64,000 nucleotides of DNA from Solirubrobacteraceae bacterium (GTDB taxonomy: Bacteria; Actinomycetota; Thermoleophilia; Solirubrobacterales; Solirubrobacteraceae), in the NCBI GenBank assembly GCA_036257565.1, contig DATAFH010000085.1, positions 36,937 through 100,936 of the forward strand. The letters run 5' to 3'. This document shows positions 25,420 through 34,937 of this stretch, piece after piece. Both the position numbers and the translations under genes were made by a program. The first letter of the stretch is position 1, and each line of letters opens with the position of its first letter. The notes beneath the pieces are model-generated. The model searched no databases, was not told the DNA's origin, and was given only the letters and a program-made list of their open reading frames with translations.

Positions 25420-25866
25420 ATGGGCCGCCTGCTGCTCGCCGTGCCCCTCGTGCTGCTCGCCGGCTGCGGTGGGGGAGAGGGCGGCGGGCCGACGAAGGAG
25501 CAGTTCGTCTCCGACGCCAACCGGATCTGTCGCGAGGGGGAGGCGAAGATCGCCGAGACCGCGGGCGAGGGCGCCGCGACCTCGCGGGGCGTGATCGCCG
25601 ACCGGCTCGAAGCCACCGCGGAGGAGTACGCGCCCTACCTCGAGCGCCTGCGCGAGCTCGACGCGCCCGCCGAGCTCGAGTCGGGCTGGAGCCGGTTCCT
25701 CGACGGGGTGGGGGAGGCCTTCGACCTCATCCCACAGCTGGCCGACGCCACGCGCGAGCGCGACCGCAACACGCTCGCCGAGCTGACGGCGAAGTTCTCG
25801 CAGATCGCCGAGGACACGCGCCCGTTCGCGCAGGAGAACGGGCTCAGCGACTGCCTGCCGAGCTGA
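25420..25866 (+). CDS. lipoprotein (hypothetical)
   Basis: Internal ATG 25420. MGRLLLAVPLVLLAGCGG lipobox. 148 aa, helical, no family recognised. Confidence 0.6.
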   Translation: MGRLLLAVPLVLLAGCGGGEGGGPTKEQFVSDANRICREGEAKIAETAGEGAATSRGVIADRLEATAEEYAPYLERLRELDAPAELESGWSRFLDGVGEAFDLIPQLADATRERDRNTLAELTAKFSQIAEDTRPFAQENGLSDCLPS

Positions 25867-26559
25867 TCAGGCGCTCAGCTCGACGGTGAGCGGCGTGCCG
25901 TCGAGCGCGTTGAGCGCCCGCTCGACCGAGCACGACACGCACGTGAAGGTCGGGGTGTCGCGCTTGGTGTAGGCCGAGGCCTCGGTTGTCCGTAGCCGCT
26001 GCACGAGGTCGAGGAACGAGGCCGGCTCGTCGGTCTCGAAGGCGACCACGAACTCCTGGTCGTCGAGGCCGAACGAGTAGCTCGTGTTGAGGTCGATCTC
26101 CGGGTACTCACGGCCGACCTTGATGTGCTCCTGCATGATGCGCCAGCGCTCGTCTGGCGGGATCCGGTACCACTCGCGCGTCTTCACGAACGGGTAGACG
26201 AACAGGTACTTGCCGTGCGCCGGCCGGACCTCGAGCCGCGACTCGTGCGAGTACTCCGACGGCTTGGTGAGCGCGAGGTAGGAGTAGGGCGTCTCGCACC
26301 ACTTCATGAGCCCGCTCTGCCCGAGCACGACGTGGAACTCGTGGATGCGCTCGAGGTTGGTGGCCTGGCTGAGCAGCATCAGGTCGGCGTCCCCGCGCGT
26401 GCCGACCAGCGAGAACGCGCGCAGCAGGCGCTCCCCCGCGAAGTCCTCGCAGGCGGCCATGAACTCGCGCTTGTGCTGGGTGCGCTCGGCCTCGTCGAGC
26501 CGGCGCCACGCCGGGTCGACCTTCAAAAAGGTGTACTTGACGAAGTGGCGTTCGGGCAT
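25867..26559 (-). CDS. chdC: chlorite dismutase family protein / coproheme decarboxylase (HemQ/ChdC)
   Basis: ATG 26559 (alternatively 26577), about 230 aa. FVKYTFLKVDPAWRRL, YLFVYPFVKTREWY and FVVAFETDEP are typical of actinobacterial HemQ. Confidence 0.85.
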   Translation of the reverse strand: MPERHFVKYTFLKVDPAWRRLDEAERTQHKREFMAACEDFAGERLLRAFSLVGTRGDADLMLLSQATNLERIHEFHVVLGQSGLMKWCETPYSYLALTKPSEYSHESRLEVRPAHGKYLFVYPFVKTREWYRIPPDERWRIMQEHIKVGREYPEIDLNTSYSFGLDDQEFVVAFETDEPASFLDLVQRLRTTEASAYTKRDTPTFTCVSCSVERALNALDGTPLTVELSA

Positions 26560-26626
26560 CGTGCCGGCTCCAAGCATAGGGTTAGCCGAACCGATGCCCT
26601 CTGCACGTGCCCGTAGGATGGGCGCG

Positions 26627-28936
26627 ATGAGGGTCGCCCTCGTCTCCCCGTACTCGTGGACGTACCCCGGCGGCGTGACGCGCCATATCGAGGCGCTCGC
26701 GGCCGAGCTGCCGAGGGGTGGCCACGAGGTCCGCGTGTTCGCCCCGTTCGACCGCGAGGGCCGCGCCACCGCGCTGCGGCACCGCGGCGCTCACCCGCAG
26801 GCGCGCCGTGCGCCGGAGTGGCTCGTGCCGCTGGGCGGGACGATCGGGTGGCCGTTGAACGGCGCGGTCTCCAACCTCGCGGGCACGCCATCCGCCGTGT
26901 CCGCGCTGAGGCGCGAGCTGCGCGCCTACGCGCCGGACGTCGTGCACGTGCACGAGCCGATCGCCCCCGTCATCGGGTGGGACGCCGTCACCAGCACGGA
27001 CGCGCCGCTCGTCGGCACCTTCCACTGCTACTCGGAGGCGGTTCCGCCACACCTCGTCGCGGTGTTGATGGGCGCCCGTCGCAAGCTCAACCACCTGACG
27101 CTGCGCCTGGCCGTCTCCGAGGCCGCGGCCTGGACGGGCCGGCGTTTCTACGGCGGCCACTACCGGGTCGTGCCCAACGGGGTCGCGCTGCCGGAGAGCG
27201 GCGTGCCCGCGCCCCGCCGCCGCGGCGCGGACGACCCGTTGCGGATCGTCTTCGTCGGCCAAGCCGTGGAGCGCAAGGGCCTGCCGGTCCTCCTGCGCGC
27301 CTTCGAGGCGCTGCGCGCCCAGGTGCCGGTCGAGCTCACGATCGTGGGCGCGACGGCCGAGGAGATCGCGCCGCTGGTGCAGGAGCAGGACGGGATCTGC
27401 GCGCTCGGCCGGGTGGATGACGACGCCCGCCAGGCCGCCGTCGTGGGCTCCGACGTGTTGTGCGCGCCGTCGCTGGGTGGCGAGTCGTTCGGCATGGTCC
27501 TCACCGAGGCGTTCGCCGCCGGCCGCCCCGTCGTCGCCTCCGACATCGCGGGCTACCGCGACGTGGTGAAGAACGGGTCCGACGGGCTGCTCGTCCCGCG
27601 GGGCGACGCCACCCGGCTGGCGGAGACGCTGCGCGACCTGGCACTCGACCCCGAACGGCCCGCGCGCCTGGGCGCCGGGGCGGCACTCAGCGCCGCCCGG
27701 TACGCGTGGCCGCGCGTCGCCGAGCAGGTGGTGGCCGCCTACGAGGACGCGCGCGAGGTTCCGGATCCGGTCGGCGCCGTGCAGCGCGCCGCGGTCCGCA
27801 TCGGCGTCCTGCCGGCGGATGGCCGGCCGCGCTCGCGCCCCCGCCGCCTGCCCTCGCTCGAGCCCGCCGCCCGCGGATCGCGCGGCGTGCGCATCGCCCG
27901 GCGCGTCGTCGTCGGCGCGGCGCTGGCCGGCGCCGCCGGCGGCACGCTGATGGCGCTCGACCGGATCGGGATGCGGCCGATCGGCACGGCGCTCGTCCAC
28001 TCGCAGCCCGTCTGGGTACTCGTGGGGCTCGCGCTCATGTGCGCCTCGATGCTCGCGCGCGCGGTCGCCTGGCACGCCATCCTCCGCGCCGCGCTGCCCG
28101 ATGCCTTCCCGCGTCTCGTGGACGCCGTGCAGGGAACCACGATCGGCGTTCTGATGTCGGCCACGCTCCCCGCCCGGCTCGGTGAGCCGGCGCGGGCGCT
28201 GATCGTCGCCCGCCGGCTGGGACGCCCGCGCGAGAGCCTGCCAGCCGTGCTCGGCACGCTCGTGTCGCAGACGCTGCTCAACGTGCTCGCGCTGGTCATC
28301 CTCGGCGCAGTGATGTTCACCACCGTCGGCCTCTTCGCGGGCCGCCAGCAGGCGCTCGTCTGGTACGCCGTGGCGCCGTTCATCGTGCTGTGCGCGGTGC
28401 TCGTGGCGCCGGCGCTGCTGACCCGTCCCCGCCCACCTCTGCCGTCGCGCTCGGCGCGCGTGCACCGGTGGCTGGTCGTAGCCCGTGCGGCGCTCGCGCG
28501 CGTGCGCTCGGGCCTGCGCGTGTTCCGGTCGCCGCGGCTCGGCTTCGAGGCGGTTGTGATGCAGCTCGGGGCGTGGGCGCTGCAGTGCGTCTCCTGCTAC
28601 GTGCTGCTCGTGGCGCTCGGGCTCGACCTCGACATGGGCGCCGCCGCTGCCGTGCTGTTCGCCGTCAACGTCACCGCGGTGCTCCCGCTCACGCCGTCCA
28701 ACCTCGGCGTCTTCCAGGCCGCCTGCTTGGCGGTCCTCACCGGGGCGTACGGGATCGACGCGGCGCAGGCGCTCGGCTACGGGATCATCCTGCAGGCCGT
28801 CGAGGTCGCCACCGCGGTCGTGATGGGCGCTCCGGCGCTCGTCAAGGAGGGCCTCTCCTGGCGCGAGGTCCGTCTACGCACGCTGCACACATCGCCCGTG
28901 TCGCTCGGCCCGCTGCCGAGCGAGGCCAAGGCGTAG
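26627..28936 (+). CDS. fusion protein: GT4 glycosyltransferase (PimA-like) + flippase-like UPF0104 (LPG-synthase-TM type) membrane domain
   Basis: ATG 26627 (alternatively 26618). MRVALVSPYSWTYPGGVTRH, GESFGMVLTEAFAAGRPVVASD (E-x7-E), then about 330 aa with ~8 TM helices. The upstream 107 codons of the listed ORF are antisense to hemQ. Confidence 0.8.
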   Translation: MRVALVSPYSWTYPGGVTRHIEALAAELPRGGHEVRVFAPFDREGRATALRHRGAHPQARRAPEWLVPLGGTIGWPLNGAVSNLAGTPSAVSALRRELRAYAPDVVHVHEPIAPVIGWDAVTSTDAPLVGTFHCYSEAVPPHLVAVLMGARRKLNHLTLRLAVSEAAAWTGRRFYGGHYRVVPNGVALPESGVPAPRRRGADDPLRIVFVGQAVERKGLPVLLRAFEALRAQVPVELTIVGATAEEIAPLVQEQDGICALGRVDDDARQAAVVGSDVLCAPSLGGESFGMVLTEAFAAGRPVVASDIAGYRDVVKNGSDGLLVPRGDATRLAETLRDLALDPERPARLGAGAALSAARYAWPRVAEQVVAAYEDAREVPDPVGAVQRAAVRIGVLPADGRPRSRPRRLPSLEPAARGSRGVRIARRVVVGAALAGAAGGTLMALDRIGMRPIGTALVHSQPVWVLVGLALMCASMLARAVAWHAILRAALPDAFPRLVDAVQGTTIGVLMSATLPARLGEPARALIVARRLGRPRESLPAVLGTLVSQTLLNVLALVILGAVMFTTVGLFAGRQQALVWYAVAPFIVLCAVLVAPALLTRPRPPLPSRSARVHRWLVVARAALARVRSGLRVFRSPRLGFEAVVMQLGAWALQCVSCYVLLVALGLDLDMGAAAAVLFAVNVTAVLPLTPSNLGVFQAACLAVLTGAYGIDAAQALGYGIILQAVEVATAVVMGAPALVKEGLSWREVRLRTLHTSPVSLGPLPSEAKA

Positions 28937-29065
28937 GCGCGCAACGACGGCGGCTCAAGAGACCGCTAGTCCCTGCCGATCAGAGGGGTGGGCCTGCTCG
29001 CCTCCTCTCGCTTTCGCCCTCCTCCCCCTCCCAGGTGGAAGCCTCAGGCGAGCGGGCCGCTTTCT

Positions 29066-30367
29066 TCACTCCGTCGCTGGGGTTTCCCGCGGCGGGTAGC
29101 GCAGCCCGACGATCCGAGTGTCGTCGATGTCGAGCACCTCGAGTGCGATGCCGTCGAGCTCGACGACGTCGCCCGGGCCGGGCACGCGGCCGAGCTGCTC
29201 GATCAGGTGGCCGCCGATCGTCGCTTCGTGCGGCACGTCGATCGTCACGCCCAGTCGCTCGGCCACCATCCGCAGCGGCGCTGAGCCGTCGATGGCCAAG
29301 CCGTCGCCGTCCCGGCGCACCATGTCGCGCGTGCGGGGGTCGAACTCGTCCTCGATCTCCCCCACCAGCTCCTCGAGGATGTCCTCGAGCGTGATGAGCC
29401 CCACCACGGTGCCGTGCTCGTCGAGCACGAGCGCGAGGTGGCGGCGCTCGCGGCGCATCTCGCGCAGCACCTCGTCGAGCCGCGTCGACTCGGCGACGCG
29501 CGCGATCGGGCGCGCGAGTTGCCGGACATCGGTCTCGGCCTCGCCGAACGCCACCCGCAGGAGGTCCTTGGCGTTGATGAAGCCGATCGCGCCCTCGAGC
29601 CCGCGGTCCGGCTCGCACAGGGGGAGCCGCGTGTGCCCGCTGCGCATGGCCTTCTCGGCGATCGCGTGCGGGCTCATGTCGGTGGTCACGTAGTCGATCT
29701 CCCAGCGCGGCGTCATCACCTCGCGCGCGCGGAGGTCGCCGAACACCAGCGCCGCCTCCGACAGCCGCTGCTCGTCACGCTCGATCATCCCGCCCTCCCG
29801 GCTCTCGCGCAGTAGGTCGCGTAGCTCGTCCTCGCTGTGCGGCGCGTGACCCGCCTCGGCCGCCGGCGGGATGCCGAACGGCTTGAGCACGAGGTTGCCC
29901 ATCGCGTTGAAGACGTCGACCACCGGCTTCGTCACCAGGTAGAAGCCGCGCATCAGCGGCGCGAGCCTCAGCGCCACCGGCACCGTCCTGGCGATCGCGG
30001 CGCTCTTGGGCGCGAGCTCGCCGATCACCACGTGCAGCACGGTGATGATCGAGAAGGCGATCGCCGAAGCGAGACCGAAGCTCAGGATGCGCGCGTTGTC
30101 GCCGAACAGCGGCTCGAGCAGCTCGTGGAAGGCGGGCTCGCCGACCGCGCCCAGGCCCAGCGAGGCGAGCGTGATGCCGAGCTGGCAAGCCGAGAGATAG
30201 GCGTCGATGTGCTCGACCGCGTGCTTGGCCGAGCGCGCGCCGGGCCGGCCCTGGCGCACGAGCTCCGCGACCTGGGTCGGCCGCATGCGGGCGATCGCGA
30301 ACTCGGCCGCCACGAAGAACCCGTTCGCGAGCACGAGCACGATCGCCACGAGGAGTCCGCCGGCCAT
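29066..30367 (-). CDS. CNNM/TlyC-family protein (DUF21-CBS pair-CorC_HlyC)
   Basis: 433 aa. LANGFFVAAEFAIARMR DUF21 N-terminus, CBS pair and C-terminal CorC/HlyC transporter-associated domain. Confidence 0.88.
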   Translation of the reverse strand: MAGGLLVAIVLVLANGFFVAAEFAIARMRPTQVAELVRQGRPGARSAKHAVEHIDAYLSACQLGITLASLGLGAVGEPAFHELLEPLFGDNARILSFGLASAIAFSIITVLHVVIGELAPKSAAIARTVPVALRLAPLMRGFYLVTKPVVDVFNAMGNLVLKPFGIPPAAEAGHAPHSEDELRDLLRESREGGMIERDEQRLSEAALVFGDLRAREVMTPRWEIDYVTTDMSPHAIAEKAMRSGHTRLPLCEPDRGLEGAIGFINAKDLLRVAFGEAETDVRQLARPIARVAESTRLDEVLREMRRERRHLALVLDEHGTVVGLITLEDILEELVGEIEDEFDPRTRDMVRRDGDGLAIDGSAPLRMVAERLGVTIDVPHEATIGGHLIEQLGRVPGPGDVVELDGIALEVLDIDDTRIVGLRYPPRETPATE

Positions 30368-30444
30368 CGCCCTTACGGTAGGCGAGACGCTCGCGCCGCA
30401 AACCTTGCCAAAGGTGTGTCAAGGTTACGCTAGTCTTGGCGGCC

Positions 30445-33400
30445 ATGCGTGACTTCCTCGCCGCGGTCCGCGACCACGTCGTCGTCTTCGACGGCGGCAT
30501 GGGCGCCACGCTCGAGCAGTTCGACCTCTCGCTGGAGCGCGACTACCAGCTCCCCGGGCGCTGCCACGAGGCGCTCGTGCTCAACCGCCCCGACGTCATC
30601 CGCGGCGTCCACGAGTCGATGGTCGACGCCGGCGCCGAGGTGGTGGAGACCGACACCTTCCAGGGCTCGCGGATCAAGCTCGAGGAGTGGGGGCTCGGCG
30701 ACCACACGGCCGAGATCAATTGCCGTGCCGCCGAGATCGCCCGCGAGGCGGTCGGCGAGCAGCGCTTCGTGGCCGGCTCGATCGGCCCGACCGGCCACCT
30801 GCCCGCGTCCGAGGACCCGACGCTCGGCCAGATCTCCTTCCGCGAGCTCGTGACCGTGTTCACCGAGCAGGCCCAGGGCCTGCTCGAGGGCGGCGTCGAC
30901 CTCGTGATCATCGAGACCGCGCAGGACATCCTCGAGGTCAAGGCCGCGGTGTTCGGCGTCCGCGAGGCGTTCAAGCTCACCGGCCGCCGCACACCGATCC
31001 AGACCTCGGTCTCGCTTCTGCCCAACGGCGGCAAGATGCTGCTGGGGACCGACATCTCGGCCGCCCTGGCCACGCTCGAGGCGCTGAAGGTCGACGTCAT
31101 CGGCCTCAACTGCTCCACCGGCCCCGAGGACATGCGCGACGCCGTGCGCTTCCTCGGCGAGTTCTCCCCGCTGCCGATTCACGTCATCCCCAACGCCGGC
31201 ATCCCTCACCAGGGCCCGAACGGCGAGACGATCTTCCCGGAGAGGCCCGAGCAGATCGCGACCGTGCTCGGCGAGTTCGTCGAGCGCTACGGGGTGAACG
31301 TCGTCGGCGGCTGCTGCGGTACGACGCCCGACCACATCTACGCGCTCAGCCAGCGGGTCGACGGCCGCACGTCGTCGACCCGGCCGCAGCCGCGCCCGCC
31401 GCACGTGTCGTCGATGATCGCCGCCGAGCCGCTCGTGCAGGAGCCGCGCCCCACGCTCGTAGGCGAGCGTGTGAACTCGCAGGGCTCGCGCAAGGCCAAG
31501 GAGCTGCTGCTGGCCGACGACTACGACGGGCTGCTGCAGGTCGCGGAGGACCAGGTGGAGGGCGGCGCCCACGTGCTCGACCTCTGCGTGGCGCTGACCG
31601 AGCGCCAGGACGAGGACGAGCAGATGCGCCTCGTCGCCAAGAAGGTCTCGCTCACCCAGCCGGCGCCGATCCAGATCGACTCGACCGAGCCCGAGGTGAT
31701 CGAGCGCGCGCTCGACCAGATCCCCGGCCGGGCGATCGTCAACTCGGTCAATCTCGAGGCGGGCCGTGACAAGCTCGACCGCGTCGTCCCGATCGCGCTC
31801 GCCCACGGCGCTGCGCTGATCGCGCTCACGATCGACGAGACCGGCATGGCCAAGACCCGCGAGCGCAAGCTCGAGGTCGCACGCCGGATCCGCGAGCTGG
31901 TGTGCGACGAGCACGGGATGGACCCCGAGCTGCTGATCTTCGACGCGCTCACGTTCACGCTCACCACCGGCGACGACGAGTGGAAGCCGTCGGCGATCGA
32001 AACGATCGAGGGCATCCGGCTGATCAAGCGCGAGGTGCCGGGCGTCAAGACCTCGCTCGGCGTCTCCAACGTCTCGTTCGGCATCGGCGTGACGGCGCGC
32101 TCGGTGCTCAACTCCGTCTTCCTGCACCACTGCGTGGAGGCCGGGCTCGACCTCGCGATGGTCAACCCGAACCACATCACGCCGTACCCGGAGATCCCCG
32201 AGGACGAGCGCGAGCTGGCCGACGACCTCGTGTTCAACCGCCGCGACGACGCGCTGGAGCGGTTCATCGCGCACTTCGAGGGCAAGTCCGAGGACGTCGC
32301 CGAGGCGGCCGATCCGACCGCCGGCATGGAGCCCGAGGAGGCGCTCCACTGGCACATCCTGCGCCGAAAGAAGGAGGGCGTGGAGGCCCAGATCGACGCC
32401 GCGGTGGAGAAGCTCGGCGCCGTCCCGACGCTCAACGACGTGCTGCTCCCGGCCATGAAGGAGGTCGGCGACAAGTTCGGCGCCGGCGAGCTCATCCTGC
32501 CGTTCGTGCTCCAGAGCGCCGAGGTCATGAAGAAGGCCGTCGCGCAGCTCGAGCAGTACCTCGACAAGATCGAGGGCTACACGAAGGGGACGGTCGTGCT
32601 CGCGACAGTGTTCGGCGACGTGCACGACATCGGCAAGTCGCTCGTCAACACGATCCTCACGAACAACGGCTATACGGTCGTCGACCTCGGCAAGCAGGTG
32701 CCGATCGGGACGATCCTCGACGCCGCGCAGGAGCACGACGCCACCGCGATCGGGCTGTCCGCGCTGCTCGTGTCCACCTCAAAGCAGATGCCGCTCGCCG
32801 TGCAGGAGCTGCACGAGCGCGGGCTCGAGTACCCGGTGCTGGTCGGCGGCGCGGCCATCAACCGCGACTTCGGCCGCCGCATCCTCTACCCGCGCGGCAC
32901 GGAGTCCGACGAGGTCTACGACCCCGGCGTGTTCTACTGCAAGGACGCGTTCGCCGGCCTGGCCGTCATGGACCAGCTCGTGGAGCCGGACAAGCGGAGC
33001 GCGCTGGTCGAGAAGACCCGCGACGAGGCCCGCGCGCTGCGCGACAAGGGTCCCGAGCTCGCCCTCGGCCCGACGGACGACGAGTCCGTGCGCTCGGCCG
33101 CCCGCACCGACGTGCCCGTGCCCACGCCGCCGTTCTGGGGCGTGCGGGAGATCCCGGTCGACCTCGACGAGGTGTTCCCGCACCTCGACACCCACGTGCT
33201 CTACAAGCTCCACTGGGGTGGGCGCGGGAAGAAGGGCGAGGAGTGGCGCCAGCTCGTCGAGGAGGAGTTCCAGCCGCGGCTCGAGCGCATGTGGCGCGAG
33301 CAGGACTACCTGCACCCGCGGGCGCTGCTCGGCTACTTCCCCTGCAACGCGGTCGGCAACTCGCTCGAGCTCTACGACCCGGAGGATCCAGAGCAGGTGC

Positions 33401-33957
33401 TCGAGACGCTCGTGTTCCCGCGCCAGCCCGGCCACGACCGGATCTGCATCACCGACTTCTACCGCCCGCGGGACAACGATCCCCACCCACCCCAGCGGGA
33501 CGTGGTGGCCATCCAGGCGGTGACCGCCGGCCCGCAGGTGACCGAGCTCATGGCCGAGCTCGAGAAGCAGGGCGAGTTCGCCGAGCAGCTCTACACGCAC
33601 GGGCTCGGCGTGCAGACGGCCGAGGGCATGGCCGAGTGGCTGCACGCCCGCGTGCGCTCGGACCTGGGGATCGAGCCCGACCAGGGCCGCCGCTGGTCCT
33701 GGGGCTACCCGGCCTGCCCGGACCAGTCCGAGCACACGAAGGTGTTCCGGCTGCTGGGTGCCGAGCAGATCGGTCTCTCGCTGTCAGGCGGCCACGCGGT
33801 CGAGCCCGAGCAGTCGACGGTCGCGATCGTCGCCCACCACCCGCAGGGCGTCTACTTCGGCATGAAGTCCGGCTTCATCCCGAAGCAGAGGGCGCCGGAC
33901 GAGGTCATCAAGGGCACCGAGAAGGACCCGAGCCGCGCCGGCGTCCCCACGGGGTGA
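30445..33957 (+). CDS. metH: cobalamin-dependent methionine synthase
   Basis: About 1170 aa. Hcy-binding, pterin-binding, B12-binding (GDVHDIGK = DxHxxG) and AdoMet-activation domains in order. ATG 30445 (listed TTG 30436 is possible). Confidence 0.95.
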   Translation: MRDFLAAVRDHVVVFDGGMGATLEQFDLSLERDYQLPGRCHEALVLNRPDVIRGVHESMVDAGAEVVETDTFQGSRIKLEEWGLGDHTAEINCRAAEIAREAVGEQRFVAGSIGPTGHLPASEDPTLGQISFRELVTVFTEQAQGLLEGGVDLVIIETAQDILEVKAAVFGVREAFKLTGRRTPIQTSVSLLPNGGKMLLGTDISAALATLEALKVDVIGLNCSTGPEDMRDAVRFLGEFSPLPIHVIPNAGIPHQGPNGETIFPERPEQIATVLGEFVERYGVNVVGGCCGTTPDHIYALSQRVDGRTSSTRPQPRPPHVSSMIAAEPLVQEPRPTLVGERVNSQGSRKAKELLLADDYDGLLQVAEDQVEGGAHVLDLCVALTERQDEDEQMRLVAKKVSLTQPAPIQIDSTEPEVIERALDQIPGRAIVNSVNLEAGRDKLDRVVPIALAHGAALIALTIDETGMAKTRERKLEVARRIRELVCDEHGMDPELLIFDALTFTLTTGDDEWKPSAIETIEGIRLIKREVPGVKTSLGVSNVSFGIGVTARSVLNSVFLHHCVEAGLDLAMVNPNHITPYPEIPEDERELADDLVFNRRDDALERFIAHFEGKSEDVAEAADPTAGMEPEEALHWHILRRKKEGVEAQIDAAVEKLGAVPTLNDVLLPAMKEVGDKFGAGELILPFVLQSAEVMKKAVAQLEQYLDKIEGYTKGTVVLATVFGDVHDIGKSLVNTILTNNGYTVVDLGKQVPIGTILDAAQEHDATAIGLSALLVSTSKQMPLAVQELHERGLEYPVLVGGAAINRDFGRRILYPRGTESDEVYDPGVFYCKDAFAGLAVMDQLVEPDKRSALVEKTRDEARALRDKGPELALGPTDDESVRSAARTDVPVPTPPFWGVREIPVDLDEVFPHLDTHVLYKLHWGGRGKKGEEWRQLVEEEFQPRLERMWREQDYLHPRALLGYFPCNAVGNSLELYDPEDPEQVLETLVFPRQPGHDRICITDFYRPRDNDPHPPQRDVVAIQAVTAGPQVTELMAELEKQGEFAEQLYTHGLGVQTAEGMAEWLHARVRSDLGIEPDQGRRWSWGYPACPDQSEHTKVFRLLGAEQIGLSLSGGHAVEPEQSTVAIVAHHPQGVYFGMKSGFIPKQRAPDEVIKGTEKDPSRAGVPTG

Positions 33958-34832
33958 AGGTCCTCGCGCTCGACGGCGGCGGCATCCGCGGGCTCATCCC
34001 CGCGCTCGTGCTCGCCGAGATCGAGCGGCGGACGGGGCGCGCGATGCACGAGATGGTCGATTTGGTGGCCGGCACGTCGACGGGCGCCATCCTCGCGTGC
34101 GCGCTTACGCGGCCCGACCCGCTGCCCGCCGCACGCATCGCCGAGCTCTACGTCGAGGAGGGGCCGCGGATCTTCGAGCGCTCGCTGCTCAAGCGGATCA
34201 CGTCCGTCGAGGGCTACCTCGACGAACGCTACGACGACGACGGGCTGCGCGCCGTGCTCGACCGCTGGCTCGGCGACACCCGGCTGGCCGACGCCGACCC
34301 GGCGGTGCTCATCACCGTCTACGACCTCGAGCGGCGGAGGGCCGTGCTGCTGCGGCGCGCGGACGACATCTCGATGACCGATGCCGCCCACGCCAGCTCC
34401 GCGGCGCCGACCTACTTCGAGCCCCTGCGCGTCGGCGACGCCACGCTGGTCGACGGCGGCGTCTACGCGATCAACCCCGCGGCTCTCGGCTACGCCGAGG
34501 TGGCGGGCGAGCTCGAGCTGCTGCTCTCGCTCGGCACCGGAGCCATGACCCGCCCGCTGCCCTACGACGAGGTGCGCGACTGGGGTCGGCTCGAGTGGGC
34601 GGCGCCGATCATCGACGTCGTGTTCGACGGCAGCGCCGATGCCGTCGACCTCGGGCTCTCGCGTCTCGTCGGCGACACGTACGTGCGGCTGCAGACGCCG
34701 CTCGTCGAGGCCAGCGACGACCTCGACGACGCAAGCGAGGCCAACCTCGCCGCCCTGGCCCGCGAGGCCGAGCGCCTGATCAGGGCTAGAGACGCGGACA
34801 TCGACCGCGCCTGCGAGCTCCTGACCGCCTGA
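33954..34832 (+). CDS. patatin-like phospholipase
   Basis: GTG 33954 overlaps the metH TGA (GTGA). DGGGIRG oxyanion motif, GTSTG nucleophile elbow and LVDGGVYA catalytic Asp. Only the last 292 codons of listed ORF 31902.. are used. Confidence 0.85.
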   Translation: MKVLALDGGGIRGLIPALVLAEIERRTGRAMHEMVDLVAGTSTGAILACALTRPDPLPAARIAELYVEEGPRIFERSLLKRITSVEGYLDERYDDDGLRAVLDRWLGDTRLADADPAVLITVYDLERRRAVLLRRADDISMTDAAHASSAAPTYFEPLRVGDATLVDGGVYAINPAALGYAEVAGELELLLSLGTGAMTRPLPYDEVRDWGRLEWAAPIIDVVFDGSADAVDLGLSRLVGDTYVRLQTPLVEASDDLDDASEANLAALAREAERLIRARDADIDRACELLTA

Positions 34833-34937
34833 AACGCCGTTCGCTGGTCGCGCAACCGTACTCCGGTCTCTGAGGTCCGTTAGGTTCCCGCGAGGGCAGT
34901 CTCAGGAACCGTCGTCGCAAGGAATCGAGGTCGGATC

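Noticed and set aside
26306-26626. Upstream extension of the GT4 fusion gene to the listed start 26306
   Set aside because: These 107 codons are antisense to the hemQ/chdC gene and read as Ser/Arg-rich junk. The canonical GT4 N-terminus MRVALVSPYS begins at 26627.
30368-30444. Possible cobalamin or SAM riboswitch upstream of metH
   Set aside because: The spacer is only 77 nt and shared with a divergent gene, which is too short for either aptamer. No B12-box-like or SAM-I-like core was seen. B12-dependent metH is not normally riboswitch-controlled.
30430-32736. 768-aa minus-strand ORF opposite metH, with similar cases at 36279..38438 (+), 48686..50974 (-), 52505..54049 (-), 58042..60204 (-) and 61877..63157 (-)
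   Set aside because: Each is the antisense or frame-shifted shadow of a gene with unambiguous family motifs (MetH, FtsX permease, GSIII, Amt, Mkl/Mce). Their translations are low-complexity.
31902-33953. N-terminal 684 codons of listed ORF 31902..34832 (976 aa)
   Set aside because: This stretch is out of frame inside metH and Arg/Gly/Pro-rich. The patatin domain begins only at GTG 33954, which overlaps the metH stop.
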